DNA of 64,000 nucleotides from an uncultured Gemmatimonadota bacterium (GCA_964627425.1 CAZVIY010000001.1:160128-224127); one strand, 5' to 3'. Counted from the stretch's first letter, positions 21,762-30,033 are shown. A program made the numbers and translations. Notes: a model not told the origin generated them from the sequence alone.

Positions 21762-22744
21762 GCGTCCCTCCTCCCCGGGAGGACGATCCGGGGAACGGAG
21801 ACGGGGCGGGGGAGGGCGGCGAGGCGGTGGACTTCAGCGTCATCGTCCCCGCCTACGACGAGGTCTCCAACATGGACGCCCTCTTCCGGGAGCTCGGCGA
21901 TGCGCTCCCCGGACTCCCCTGGAGCGGCGAGATCCTCCTGGTGGACGACGGGTCCTCCGACGGGACCCTGGAGGCCGCACGCAGCGCCGCCTCCGACGCC
22001 GGCCTGGCCGCGGTCACCTCCTTCCACCGGCACCGGCAGAACCGGGGGAAGACGGAGGCGCTCCTCACAGGAGCCCGTCATGCCCGGGGAGAGATCCTGG
22101 TGCTCTTCGACGCGGACCTCCAGCACTCGCCCTCGGAGATCCCCCGCTTCCTGCAGGAGCTGGAGAAGGGGTTCGACGTGGTCACCGGCCGGAAGGTGGG
22201 CGACTACCAGAAGCAGATGGTGTCCACCATCTACAACTGGCTGTGCCGGAAGATCTTCCGGGTGCCCGTCCACGACCTGAACGCCATGAAGGCCTTCCGG
22301 CGCGAGATCCTCGACGAGCTCCACCTGCGGAAGGACTGGCATCGCTACCTGGTGGTCCTGGCCCACGCCCGCGGCTACCGGGTCGGCGAGATCGACATCG
22401 AGCTCTTCCCGCGGCGCCACGGCCGCTCCAAGTATCGGGGTCAGGGCCGGATCCTGGTGGGGATCCTGGATCTCCTCGCGGTGTGGTTCCAGCTCGTCTT
22501 CAGCCGGAAGCCGATGCTGTTCTTCGGGATGACGGGCCTCTTCGTGCTGGTCCTCGGCGGCGCCGTGGGAGGGGCGGCCCTGTACATGAGGTTCGTCCTG
22601 GGACAGGGCTACCGGCCGCTCCTGAGTCTCATCGTCCTCCTGATCGTGGGGGGGCTCATCCTGTTCGTCGTCGGCTTCCTCGCCGAGCTGATCGCTGGCC
22701 TCCGGAACGAGATCGAGGCGCTCCGGCGCGAGATCGAGTCCTGA
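21758..22744 (+). CDS. GT2 polyprenyl-phosphate glycosyltransferase (GtrB/ArnC/CsbB-like, 2 C-terminal TM helices)
   Basis: GT-A motifs VIVPAYDE, LVDDGSSDGT and FDADLQH, plus C-terminal TM helices. ATGA overlap with the rpoN stop. Confidence 0.85.
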   Translation: MSVPPPREDDPGNGDGAGEGGEAVDFSVIVPAYDEVSNMDALFRELGDALPGLPWSGEILLVDDGSSDGTLEAARSAASDAGLAAVTSFHRHRQNRGKTEALLTGARHARGEILVLFDADLQHSPSEIPRFLQELEKGFDVVTGRKVGDYQKQMVSTIYNWLCRKIFRVPVHDLNAMKAFRREILDELHLRKDWHRYLVVLAHARGYRVGEIDIELFPRRHGRSKYRGQGRILVGILDLLAVWFQLVFSRKPMLFFGMTGLFVLVLGGAVGGAALYMRFVLGQGYRPLLSLIVLLIVGGLILFVVGFLAELIAGLRNEIEALRREIES

Positions 22745-22760
22745 GAGCCGGAGGAGACCG

Positions 22761-24380
22761 ATGACGGAGTCCAGCAGGGGAGCGGCGTCGGACCAGGGCC
22801 GTGTGTGGGGTCTCTCCCCGACGGGATGGTCGGCCCTGCTGGTGGGGATGCACGTGCTGCTGGGGCTCCTCCTGTTCGACCCCACCCTCTTCACCGGAGG
22901 CGACAACGCGGGGTACATGATCCTGGCCGACGCCCTCCGGTCGGGGGAGGGGTACGTGGACCTCTACCTCCCGGAGACGCCTCTCCATACGAAGTATCCT
23001 CCGGGCTACCCGGCGGCACTGGCGGTCCTGGGCCTGGCCGGCGGGCTCCAGCTCTTCAAGCTCTTCTCCCTGGCCTGTACGGCGACGGCGGTATGGCTCA
23101 CCCACCGGCTGGCGCGCCATCGGCTGGAGGCGGAGGCCGCCGTCGCGGCGACGGCCCTGGTGGCGGTGAATCCCGTCCTGCTGGAGTACTCCCACTACGA
23201 GCTCTCGGAGGCCTTCTTCCTGGCCGCCGTCATGGCCGCCCTGGTGGCCTATCTCACCCGGGAGCGCTGGCTCCAGGGAGCCGGGGCCTCGCTGGGAGCG
23301 TTCCTCGTCCGGACCGCGGGGCTCCCGCTCCTGGTCGCCACGTGGCTGTATCACCTGGGCCGGAGGGAGTGGCGACGACTGGGCACCACGGTGGCGGCGG
23401 GAACGGCCGTGGCCGGGGGATGGGCCCTCTACCAGACCCTGGGCGGGCGCAGCGGCGAGGGCTACCTGCAGCAGCTCGTCATGCGCAATCCCTACGACCC
23501 GGCGGCGGGCACGGCCGGGCCCGCGGAGCTGGTGACGCGCTCCGCGGGGAACCTGTGGGTCTACACGTCGGAGGTCCTCCCCCGATCCCTCCTGGGCGGC
23601 CCGCTCTCGCCGGAGGGAGGCACGGCGGCGATGGCCGTCGGCGTGACCGTGGGGGCGCTCGTCCTCACCGGTTGGCTCGCGGCGTCCCGCGACGAGCTCG
23701 GAGTGCCCGAGCTGTTCCTCCCCCTCTACGCCGGGATCATCGTCCTGTGGCCGGAGCAGTGGACGGACCGTCGGTTCCTGCTCCCCCTCCTCCCCCTGAT
23801 GCTGGTCTACGCGATCCGCGGGCTGGCGGCGGCCCGGCGCTGGGCCCCGGTGAAGGAGGGAGCCTCCATACGGTTCGCGGTGGCGGGGGCGCTCCTCCTG
23901 GCGGCACCCGGGATCGCCTCGGCGGGCCTCCAGGCGCCCGACCGGATCCGGTGCACCACCGCCCACTGGCGGGGCTCCCCGTGTGTGGATCCGGCCTGGA
24001 CGAGCTTCTACGACGCCGCCCGGTGGGCCGGGGACAACACCTCCGAGGACGCCATCGTGGCGAACCGGAAACCCCGGATCTTCTTCTGGCTCTCCGGGCG
24101 CCGCGGGGACGTCTATCCGTACAGCAGGGAGACCGGGGTCGTCCTGGAGGGCCTCCGGGAGATGGGAGCCGGGTACGTGGTGGTGGACCAGCTGTTCTCC
24201 ACCACGGCGACCTACCTCATCCCGGCCGTGCAGGCCCGGCCCGACCGGTTCGAGGCCGTCTACTCCGCCGGCTCTCCCCGGACCTTCATCCTCAGGATCC
24301 GGAGCCGGCCGCCGACGGCCGGGACCACCGGCGCCGACGATGGATCCGAGGGGGCCGCCGCCGGGCCAGCGGGGCCGTGA
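22761..24380 (+). CDS. polytopic GT-C-fold glycosyltransferase (ArnT/PMT-like)
   Basis: 539 aa with about 10 or more predicted TM segments. The first loop has a GGDNAGY...YLPETPLHTKYPPGYP motif typical of ArnT/PMT_2-type enzymes. A GGAGGAG Shine-Dalgarno sequence lies upstream. Confidence 0.7.
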   Translation: MTESSRGAASDQGRVWGLSPTGWSALLVGMHVLLGLLLFDPTLFTGGDNAGYMILADALRSGEGYVDLYLPETPLHTKYPPGYPAALAVLGLAGGLQLFKLFSLACTATAVWLTHRLARHRLEAEAAVAATALVAVNPVLLEYSHYELSEAFFLAAVMAALVAYLTRERWLQGAGASLGAFLVRTAGLPLLVATWLYHLGRREWRRLGTTVAAGTAVAGGWALYQTLGGRSGEGYLQQLVMRNPYDPAAGTAGPAELVTRSAGNLWVYTSEVLPRSLLGGPLSPEGGTAAMAVGVTVGALVLTGWLAASRDELGVPELFLPLYAGIIVLWPEQWTDRRFLLPLLPLMLVYAIRGLAAARRWAPVKEGASIRFAVAGALLLAAPGIASAGLQAPDRIRCTTAHWRGSPCVDPAWTSFYDAARWAGDNTSEDAIVANRKPRIFFWLSGRRGDVYPYSRETGVVLEGLREMGAGYVVVDQLFSTTATYLIPAVQARPDRFEAVYSAGSPRTFILRIRSRPPTAGTTGADDGSEGAAAGPAGP

Positions 24381-25711
24381 TGCGGGTCCTCCACGTGGCC
24401 ACCGCCTTCGCCCGGCACGAGGAGGACCCCATCACCCCCTGGATGGTCGAGCTCCTCCACGGCCTCCAGCGCCAGGGAGCCGAGGTGGAGGTCCTGGCAC
24501 CCTCCTACCGGGGGATGGACGATCACGTGGTCCACGGGATCCGGGTCCGGCGCTTCCGCTACGCCCCGGCCGTCCTGGAGACCCTCACCCACGAGGAGAC
24601 GACGCCGGACCGGATCCGGCACAGGCCCTGGTACGGGCTCCTCCTCCCCGCCTACCTCCTGGGCGGGCTCGTGCCGTCGGTGCGCCTGGGACTCGGCGGC
24701 TCCTACGACGTGGTCCACGTCCACTGGCCCATGCCCCATGCCCTCTTCGGGTCCGCCCTGCGCCTCGCCTCCCGCGGGCGCACGACAGTCGTCTCCAGCT
24801 TCTACAGCGTGGGCCTCACCTGGGTGGAGCATCGACTCCGGTGGCTCCGGCCGCTGCTGGCCTGGTCGGCCCGGAGCGCTGACGCCCTCACCGCCAACTC
24901 CACGGCCACGGCGGACAAGGTCCGGCGGCTCGTGGACACCCCGGTTCGGGTGGTCCCCTCGCCGGCCAGCTTCGGCGAGGGGGAGGGGAGGGGGGCGGAG
25001 GGTAGCGGTGACGGGGGAGCCGGCCAGGAGCCGGCCCGGCCCCCGCTGGACGGGAACGGGCCGGTGGAGCTGCTCTTCGTGGGCCGTCTGGTCGAGCGAA
25101 AAGGGGTCGAGTACCTTGTGCGCGCTCTCCCCCGAATCCTGGAGGAGCGGCCCGCCCGGCTCACGATCGTCGGGGAAGGGGAGTGGGAAGAGGAGATCCG
25201 GAGGGCCGTCGCCGACTGCGGGGTGGGTCGCCGGGTGAGGCTGACGGGATACGTCTCCCGGGAGCGCCTGAAGGAGCTCTACCGGACCTCCGACCTCTTC
25301 GTCCTCCCGGCGGTCGTGGACGAAAAGGGCGACACGGAGGGACTGGGGGTGGTCCTGCTGGAGGCCCTCCTGGCCGGGCGGCCGGTGGTGGCGTCGGCGG
25401 CCGGAGGCATCGTGGACATCGTGAAGCCGGGTCGGACGGGTTGGCTCGTACCGCCCGGAGACCCGGAAGCCCTGGCGCGGGCCGTCCTGGAAGCGGCCCG
25501 CGATCCGGAGGAGGCCCGGCGGCGGGCGGCAGAAGGGAAGCGACACGTCCTCGAGCACTTCTCTGCCGATCGCATCGCAGGGGAGCTCCTGGAGGTCTAC
25601 CGGAGGGCCTCCGGGTCCCGCCGGACCCCCGGGCCGACCGCAGGCGGCGCCGGCGGGAACGCCCGCCGCCGCGGCGACGGACGCCGAACCGAGGAAGGCG
25701 GAGACCCATGA
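24380..25711 (+). CDS. GT4 family glycosyltransferase
   Basis: N-terminus MRVLHVATAF... and a C-terminal GT-B motif FVLPAVVDEKGDTEGLGVVLLEALLAGRPVVAS. The start overlaps the upstream stop (TGATG). Confidence 0.88.
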   Translation: MRVLHVATAFARHEEDPITPWMVELLHGLQRQGAEVEVLAPSYRGMDDHVVHGIRVRRFRYAPAVLETLTHEETTPDRIRHRPWYGLLLPAYLLGGLVPSVRLGLGGSYDVVHVHWPMPHALFGSALRLASRGRTTVVSSFYSVGLTWVEHRLRWLRPLLAWSARSADALTANSTATADKVRRLVDTPVRVVPSPASFGEGEGRGAEGSGDGGAGQEPARPPLDGNGPVELLFVGRLVERKGVEYLVRALPRILEERPARLTIVGEGEWEEEIRRAVADCGVGRRVRLTGYVSRERLKELYRTSDLFVLPAVVDEKGDTEGLGVVLLEALLAGRPVVASAAGGIVDIVKPGRTGWLVPPGDPEALARAVLEAARDPEEARRRAAEGKRHVLEHFSADRIAGELLEVYRRASGSRRTPGPTAGGAGGNARRRGDGRRTEEGGDP

Positions 25712-28050
25712 CCGAGACGCCGGACACCGGGCGGTCGACGACGAGACCGGCCGATCGCTGGATCCCGTGGATCTACACGGCCGGGGTGCTGGTCCTGGCG
25801 CTGGCCTTCTACCGGGAGTTCGTCTTCCAGCCCGGGCGCATGCTCTTCGGCACGGACATGCTCGACCAGGCCTACCAGCTCCGGGAGTTCGGGCTCACCG
25901 AGGTCCGGGAGGGACGGGGCGTCCCCCTCTGGAACCCGTTCGTCTACGGAGGGCTCCCGTATCTCGCCATCCTCCCCGGTCCCGTGTTCTACCCCACGAG
26001 TCTGCTCTACCTCCTCATGCCCCTCTACCGGGCCATCGGATGGACCTTCGTGATCCACACCTTCCTGGCGGGGGGGATCGGCTACTTCGCTGCTCGCCGG
26101 TTCCGCCTGGATCGCCAGGCGGCGGCCGTCACGGGGCTGGCGTTCATGTTCACCGGCTACGTGGTCTCCCTCCTGTACGGCGGCCACGACGGGCGGATGT
26201 TCGCCATGATCCTCTTTCCCCTGGTCCTGGCCCTGGTGGAGGAGGGCCTGGAGCGGGGGCGGTACCCGTGGTTCCTGGCCGCGGGGATGGTCATGGGCCT
26301 GCAGATCCTCACCCCGCACGCCCAGGTGATGTACTACTCGTCGCTGATGGTGGCGGCGTTCGCGGCGTTCAGGCTCTGGGAGCGCTGGGAGGAGACGGAC
26401 CGGCCCGCCGAGCTCCTCCGGCCGGCGGGCTACGTGGCGTCCGCGTTCCTGGTGGCGGCGGCCGTGGGAGCGGTCCAGATCCTTCCCACCCTGGGGATGA
26501 TGGAGCACGGCGTCCGGGGCGGAGGAACGGGAGGGTACGAGTTCGCGTCCTCGTGGGCTCTCCCCCCGCAGGAGCTGACCGCCCTGGTGCTGCCCGACCT
26601 GGTGGGATCCTTGGACACCTACTGGGGATCGAATCCCTTCAAGCTGCACACCGAGTACCTGGGGGCGGTCCCGCTGGCGCTGGCGGTCCTCGGGGCGGCG
26701 GCACGGATCCGCCGCCGAACGATCTGGTTCCTCGTCGGCGCCTCGACCCTGGGGATCCTCTTCTCCCTGGGCGCGGCGACGCCGGTCCACAGGGTCGCCT
26801 ACGAGATCGTGCCGCTGGTCGACCGGTTCAGGGCGCCGGCCATGATGCTCGGTCCGGTCTCCTTCCTGATCTGCCTGCTGGCCGGCCACGGCTGGCAGGC
26901 GGTCCTCGACCGCCGCCGGGAGGAGGAGGGCGACGGGACGGCGATCCCGTGGGCATGGGCCTGGACCCTCTCGACGCCGGTCCTCCTCCTGGCCCTGGCG
27001 GCCGCCCTCGCCCCGGAGTCCCTCCAGCGGTGGGTTCACGTCGGCTGGTACCCCTCGGGTTGGGAGCGAAGCCCGGACCAGGCATCCGTCGCCGCGCTGC
27101 GGGCCAACGGCTGGCTCGTGCTGGTGGGCTGGGGCGCGGCCCTCGGATCCGGGTGGGCCGTGGCTCGCCGCCGGGTGGGCACCTGGATCGTCCTCGTCCC
27201 CCTCGTGCTCCTGGTGGGCGAGCTGTGGCGGGTGGACGCCCGCTACCTGGAGACGGCGGACCCGGAGCGCCAGTTCAGCTCCGACGCGGTGGTGGACAGG
27301 ATGCAGGAGGGCCTCGGGTCGGGCGAGCGGGCGTTCCCGCTGGAGCGCTCCTACGGCCCGAACGAGCTCATGTACTGGGACGTCCCCTCCGTCACCGGGA
27401 GCCAGAACTTCCGGCTGGCCTGGTACGACCGCCTGGTCGGCGGCGTCTCCTACGAGAACCTCATGAGCCGTCCCGTCCTGTGGCAGCTCCTGGACGTCCG
27501 CTATCTCACCACTCGCTCCGAAGTCCAGACGCCGCTCCTGGAGCCCGTCGCGCGGAGCGGACGCGCCCGGCTCTACCGGGTGGTCAGGGATGCGCCCCAC
27601 GCCTTCTTCCCCCGGGAGATCGTGGGAGCGAGCGACACGGCCGAGGCCCTGCGGCGTACCCTCGATCTGGAATCCCACGCGGCGGCCGCGGTGGTGGACG
27701 CCGACGCCCCCCTCCCTCCGGCAGGGGAGGGGGAGGCACGGCTGGAGCGGCTCGAAGCCGACGGTCTCGAGCTGACGGTCCGGGCCCGGGAGCGCGGCCT
27801 CCTGGTGGTCTCGGAGGTGTATCATCCGAACTGGAAGGCGACCCTCGACGGCCGGGAGATCCCCGTCCACCGGGTGAACGTGGCCCTCCGGGGTGTCGTG
27901 GTGCCCGAGGGGACCCACCGGCTGGAGTTCCGCTACGAGTCCGGGCTGTACCGGGCGGGGCTGGCCATCACGTCGGCGGGGGGAGGGATCGGGGCGGCGG
28001 CCCTCCTGATCTGGGCCGTGGCCGGCGTGCGGCGCCGCCGCGCCGACTGA
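25708..28050 (+). CDS. YfhO-family membrane glycosyltransferase (GT-C)
   Basis: 780 aa and polytopic. It has an N-terminal FGTDMLDQAYQLREF...PLWNPFVYGGLPY motif and the YfhO-type C-terminus VSEVYHPNWKATLDGREIPVHRVNVALRGVVVPEGTHRLEFRY followed by a final TM. ATGA overlap with the GT4 gene. Confidence 0.8.
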   Translation: MTETPDTGRSTTRPADRWIPWIYTAGVLVLALAFYREFVFQPGRMLFGTDMLDQAYQLREFGLTEVREGRGVPLWNPFVYGGLPYLAILPGPVFYPTSLLYLLMPLYRAIGWTFVIHTFLAGGIGYFAARRFRLDRQAAAVTGLAFMFTGYVVSLLYGGHDGRMFAMILFPLVLALVEEGLERGRYPWFLAAGMVMGLQILTPHAQVMYYSSLMVAAFAAFRLWERWEETDRPAELLRPAGYVASAFLVAAAVGAVQILPTLGMMEHGVRGGGTGGYEFASSWALPPQELTALVLPDLVGSLDTYWGSNPFKLHTEYLGAVPLALAVLGAAARIRRRTIWFLVGASTLGILFSLGAATPVHRVAYEIVPLVDRFRAPAMMLGPVSFLICLLAGHGWQAVLDRRREEEGDGTAIPWAWAWTLSTPVLLLALAAALAPESLQRWVHVGWYPSGWERSPDQASVAALRANGWLVLVGWGAALGSGWAVARRRVGTWIVLVPLVLLVGELWRVDARYLETADPERQFSSDAVVDRMQEGLGSGERAFPLERSYGPNELMYWDVPSVTGSQNFRLAWYDRLVGGVSYENLMSRPVLWQLLDVRYLTTRSEVQTPLLEPVARSGRARLYRVVRDAPHAFFPREIVGASDTAEALRRTLDLESHAAAAVVDADAPLPPAGEGEARLERLEADGLELTVRARERGLLVVSEVYHPNWKATLDGREIPVHRVNVALRGVVVPEGTHRLEFRYESGLYRAGLAITSAGGGIGAAALLIWAVAGVRRRRAD

Positions 28051-28060
28051 CCATCCGGAC

Positions 28061-29008
28061 GTGACCCGCCGTCGCTGGATCACCCTCGGCGCCGTCGTCT
28101 TCACGGCGGCCGGGCTCGTCTTCCTGGGCCTCGTGCTCGGAGACGAGTGGCACCGGCTCCAGGAGCTCACCGATTCGGTGGCCCGGCGGCGCTGGCAGGT
28201 GGAGCCGGCCCTCCTGGCGGCCTCCCTCGTGGTCGCGTCGGCCAACCTCGCATGCATGGCGACGATCTGGGTCCACCTCTACCGCCGGTCGGGCGGGGCG
28301 GTGGGCTACCTGGACGGCTGGCGCATCTGGAGCGCCACGAACGTGGGCCGGTACATCCCCGGAAAGGTGTGGCATCTCACGGGACTCACGGTCTATCTCC
28401 GGGAACGGGGCGAGTCGGGGGCCGCCGGCCTGGTGTCCTCGCTGGCGTTCCAGGTCCTGGTCCTGGCCACGGGGGCGGCCACGGCCGCGGTGGTCTTCGT
28501 CGGCGGCCCGGCCGCCCCCGACGGCCTCTCCCCCCTCCGGGCCCTCCTCGGCGCCGTCCTCCTGGGCCTCTTCCTGCACCCGGCGGTCCTCCGGAAGGGA
28601 ACCGAGTGGGCCGCGCGGCTCACCCGTGAAGACGTGGGCCATCCGGACCGGATCTCCGGCACGACCCTGCTGACGGCCGCCCTCGCCCTGTGTCTGTGCT
28701 GGCTGATCTACGGCCTCTCCCTCTGGCTGATGATCGAGGGCCTCCTCCCCGACGTGGAGCTCTCGGTCCCGGCCGCCACCGGAGTCTTCGCCGCCAGCTA
28801 CGTGCTCGGATACCTGGCCTTCCTCTCGCCCGGAGGCCTGGTGGTGCGGGAAGGGGTCATGGGCGGCCTCCTGGTGGTCCTGGGCGCCTCCGGCGCGGCG
28901 GTGGCCGGCGTCCTGGCCGTGGCCCACCGGATCCTGGTCACCGCCTCCGAGCTGCTCTTCCTGGCCGCGGCCTTCGGCATCCACGGGATACGACGCCGGG
29001 ACGCATGA
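28061..29008 (+). CDS. UPF0104 / lysyl-PG-synthase-TM-like (flippase-like) membrane protein
   Basis: 315 aa with about 8 TM segments and a RYIPGKVWHLTG loop. This family is commonly paired with GT2 polyprenyl-P glycosyltransferases. Confidence 0.6.
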   Translation: MTRRRWITLGAVVFTAAGLVFLGLVLGDEWHRLQELTDSVARRRWQVEPALLAASLVVASANLACMATIWVHLYRRSGGAVGYLDGWRIWSATNVGRYIPGKVWHLTGLTVYLRERGESGAAGLVSSLAFQVLVLATGAATAAVVFVGGPAAPDGLSPLRALLGAVLLGLFLHPAVLRKGTEWAARLTREDVGHPDRISGTTLLTAALALCLCWLIYGLSLWLMIEGLLPDVELSVPAATGVFAASYVLGYLAFLSPGGLVVREGVMGGLLVVLGASGAAVAGVLAVAHRILVTASELLFLAAAFGIHGIRRRDA

Positions 29009-29045
29009 CCCTCGCTCAAACCCTCTAATCGACTACTACTACTTA

Positions 29046-29054
29046 TGTTACAAT
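29046..29054 (+). promoter_or_regulatory. candidate extended -10 promoter element TGtTACAAT
   Basis: It lies in an AT-rich patch (29021-29060) within an otherwise roughly 70% GC context, 86 nt upstream of the ATG at 29140. No convincing -35 element is present. Confidence 0.35.
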
Positions 29055-29139
29055 CTGTCGCCTCACCTCGTTTCGAGACACTCGGGCCGGAGCCGGATCC
29101 ACCCGGAGGCCACCGCGGACGTCCCGGGAGCCCGGGACG

Positions 29140-29862
29140 ATGACACCGTACCTGGTCGTCATGCCCACGTACAACGAAGCGGCGAACCTGCCACGGATCG
29201 TCCCCGCCGTCCTGGACAGGGACGAACGATTCCAGGTCCTGGTGGTGGACGACGCCTCTCCCGACGGCACCGGACGGATCGCCGAACGGCTGGCCCGCGA
29301 CCATCCCGAACGGGTGCACGTGCTCCACCGGGAAGGGAAGCAGGGCCTGGGGAGTGCCTACGTGGCGGGATTCGAATGGGCCCTGGCGCGGGATTACGAG
29401 CTCATCTTCGAGATGGACGCCGACTTCTCCCACGATCCCGATCACCTGGAGGATTTCGTAGCGGCCTCCCACGACCACGACCTGGTGGTGGGAAGCCGAT
29501 ACCTGGACGGCCGCGTCACCGTGGTGAACTGGCCCATCACCCGCCTCCTCCTGAGCTATTTCGGCACACAGTACGCCCGGATCGTCACCGGACTCCCGGT
29601 CTCCGACGCCACCAGCGGCTACAAATGCTTCCGCAGGAGCGCCCTCGAAGAGCTGGATCTGGAGCGGGTGGCCTCCAACGGATACGTCTTCCAGATCGAG
29701 CTCACCTTTCGAGCCTGGAAGAAGGGTCTCTCCATCGGCCAGATTCCCATCGTCTTCGAGGAGCGCACCGAGGGAGAATCCAAGATGTCGAAAAGGATCG
29801 TGCTGGAGGCCGTCTGGAAAGTATGGCAGCTCAGACTACTCAGTCTCTTGGGGCGCATATGA
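29140..29862 (+). CDS. polyprenol/dolichol-phosphate mannose synthase (Ppm1/Dpm1-like GT2, soluble)
   Basis: 240 aa with VVMPTYNEAANL, VVDDASPDGT, EMDADFSHDP and SGYKCFRR motifs. GC content falls toward the 3' end. Confidence 0.9.
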   Translation: MTPYLVVMPTYNEAANLPRIVPAVLDRDERFQVLVVDDASPDGTGRIAERLARDHPERVHVLHREGKQGLGSAYVAGFEWALARDYELIFEMDADFSHDPDHLEDFVAASHDHDLVVGSRYLDGRVTVVNWPITRLLLSYFGTQYARIVTGLPVSDATSGYKCFRRSALEELDLERVASNGYVFQIELTFRAWKKGLSIGQIPIVFEERTEGESKMSKRIVLEAVWKVWQLRLLSLLGRI

Positions 29863-29910
29863 TTAGGGAAGGTCGAGATCCCACCTGCGAGGGCCCGTTG
29901 ATCTAGCGCG

Positions 29911-29938
29911 AGTTTACATAATGTATATTATACGACAT
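29911..29938 (-). other. dif: dif chromosome dimer resolution site (XerC arm - 6-bp spacer - XerD arm)
   Basis: The minus strand reads ATGTCGTATAA-TATACA-TTATGTAAACT. On the + strand, 15 nt (CATAATGTATATTAT) are identical to the E. coli dif core. The site sits between convergent genes at the gene-orientation switch. Confidence 0.8.
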
Positions 29939-30033
29939 TGTGGAAGAACCGGAATCGACCGGACCCATCGGGGCACTCCGGCGGACCGCCCGGGGCTGCG
30001 GATGTGGAGAAGTCGTCCCCGTTCAGGCCCTGC

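Noticed and set aside
22805-25711. 968-aa ORF suggesting a giant fusion protein ending in the GT4 domain. The same pattern appears for 25183..28050, 49168..51198, 43098..45281, 53456..55348, 8363..10276 and 33693..35366.
   Set aside because: The N-terminal extensions overlap the upstream gene in another frame and are low-complexity. In every case an ATG or GTG that overlaps the upstream stop (ATGA/GTGA) coincides with the conserved N-terminus of the family, so the short forms were annotated.
25597-28257. 886-aa antisense ORF, and many similar long ORFs in other frames or strands (for example 1366..2520-, 3015..4271-, 6425..8038-, 59257..61524+).
   Set aside because: Their translations are Arg/Pro/Gly/His-rich low-complexity sequences with no recognisable motifs. 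They lie opposite or out of frame to genes with clear family signatures. Such shadow ORFs are expected at about 70% GC because stop codons are rare.
29026-29053. A possible second dif site (…TACTAC-TTATGTTACAA) that would make the Dpm1-like gene an integrated Xer-exploiting element.
   Set aside because: Only the XerD-arm-like half is present. The would-be XerC arm (TAATCGACTAC) does not fit the consensus, and the orientation is inverted relative to the true dif. TGtTACAAT is explained equally well as an extended -10 promoter.
29863-29900. A tRNA 3'-end-like fragment (GGGAAGGTCGAGATCCCACC) next to dif, as a possible integrase att remnant.
   Set aside because: The T-loop lacks the GTTCRANNC pattern, the stem pairs only 4 bp with a 9-nt loop, and there is no acceptor stem or CCA context. 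No integrase or phage genes are nearby.
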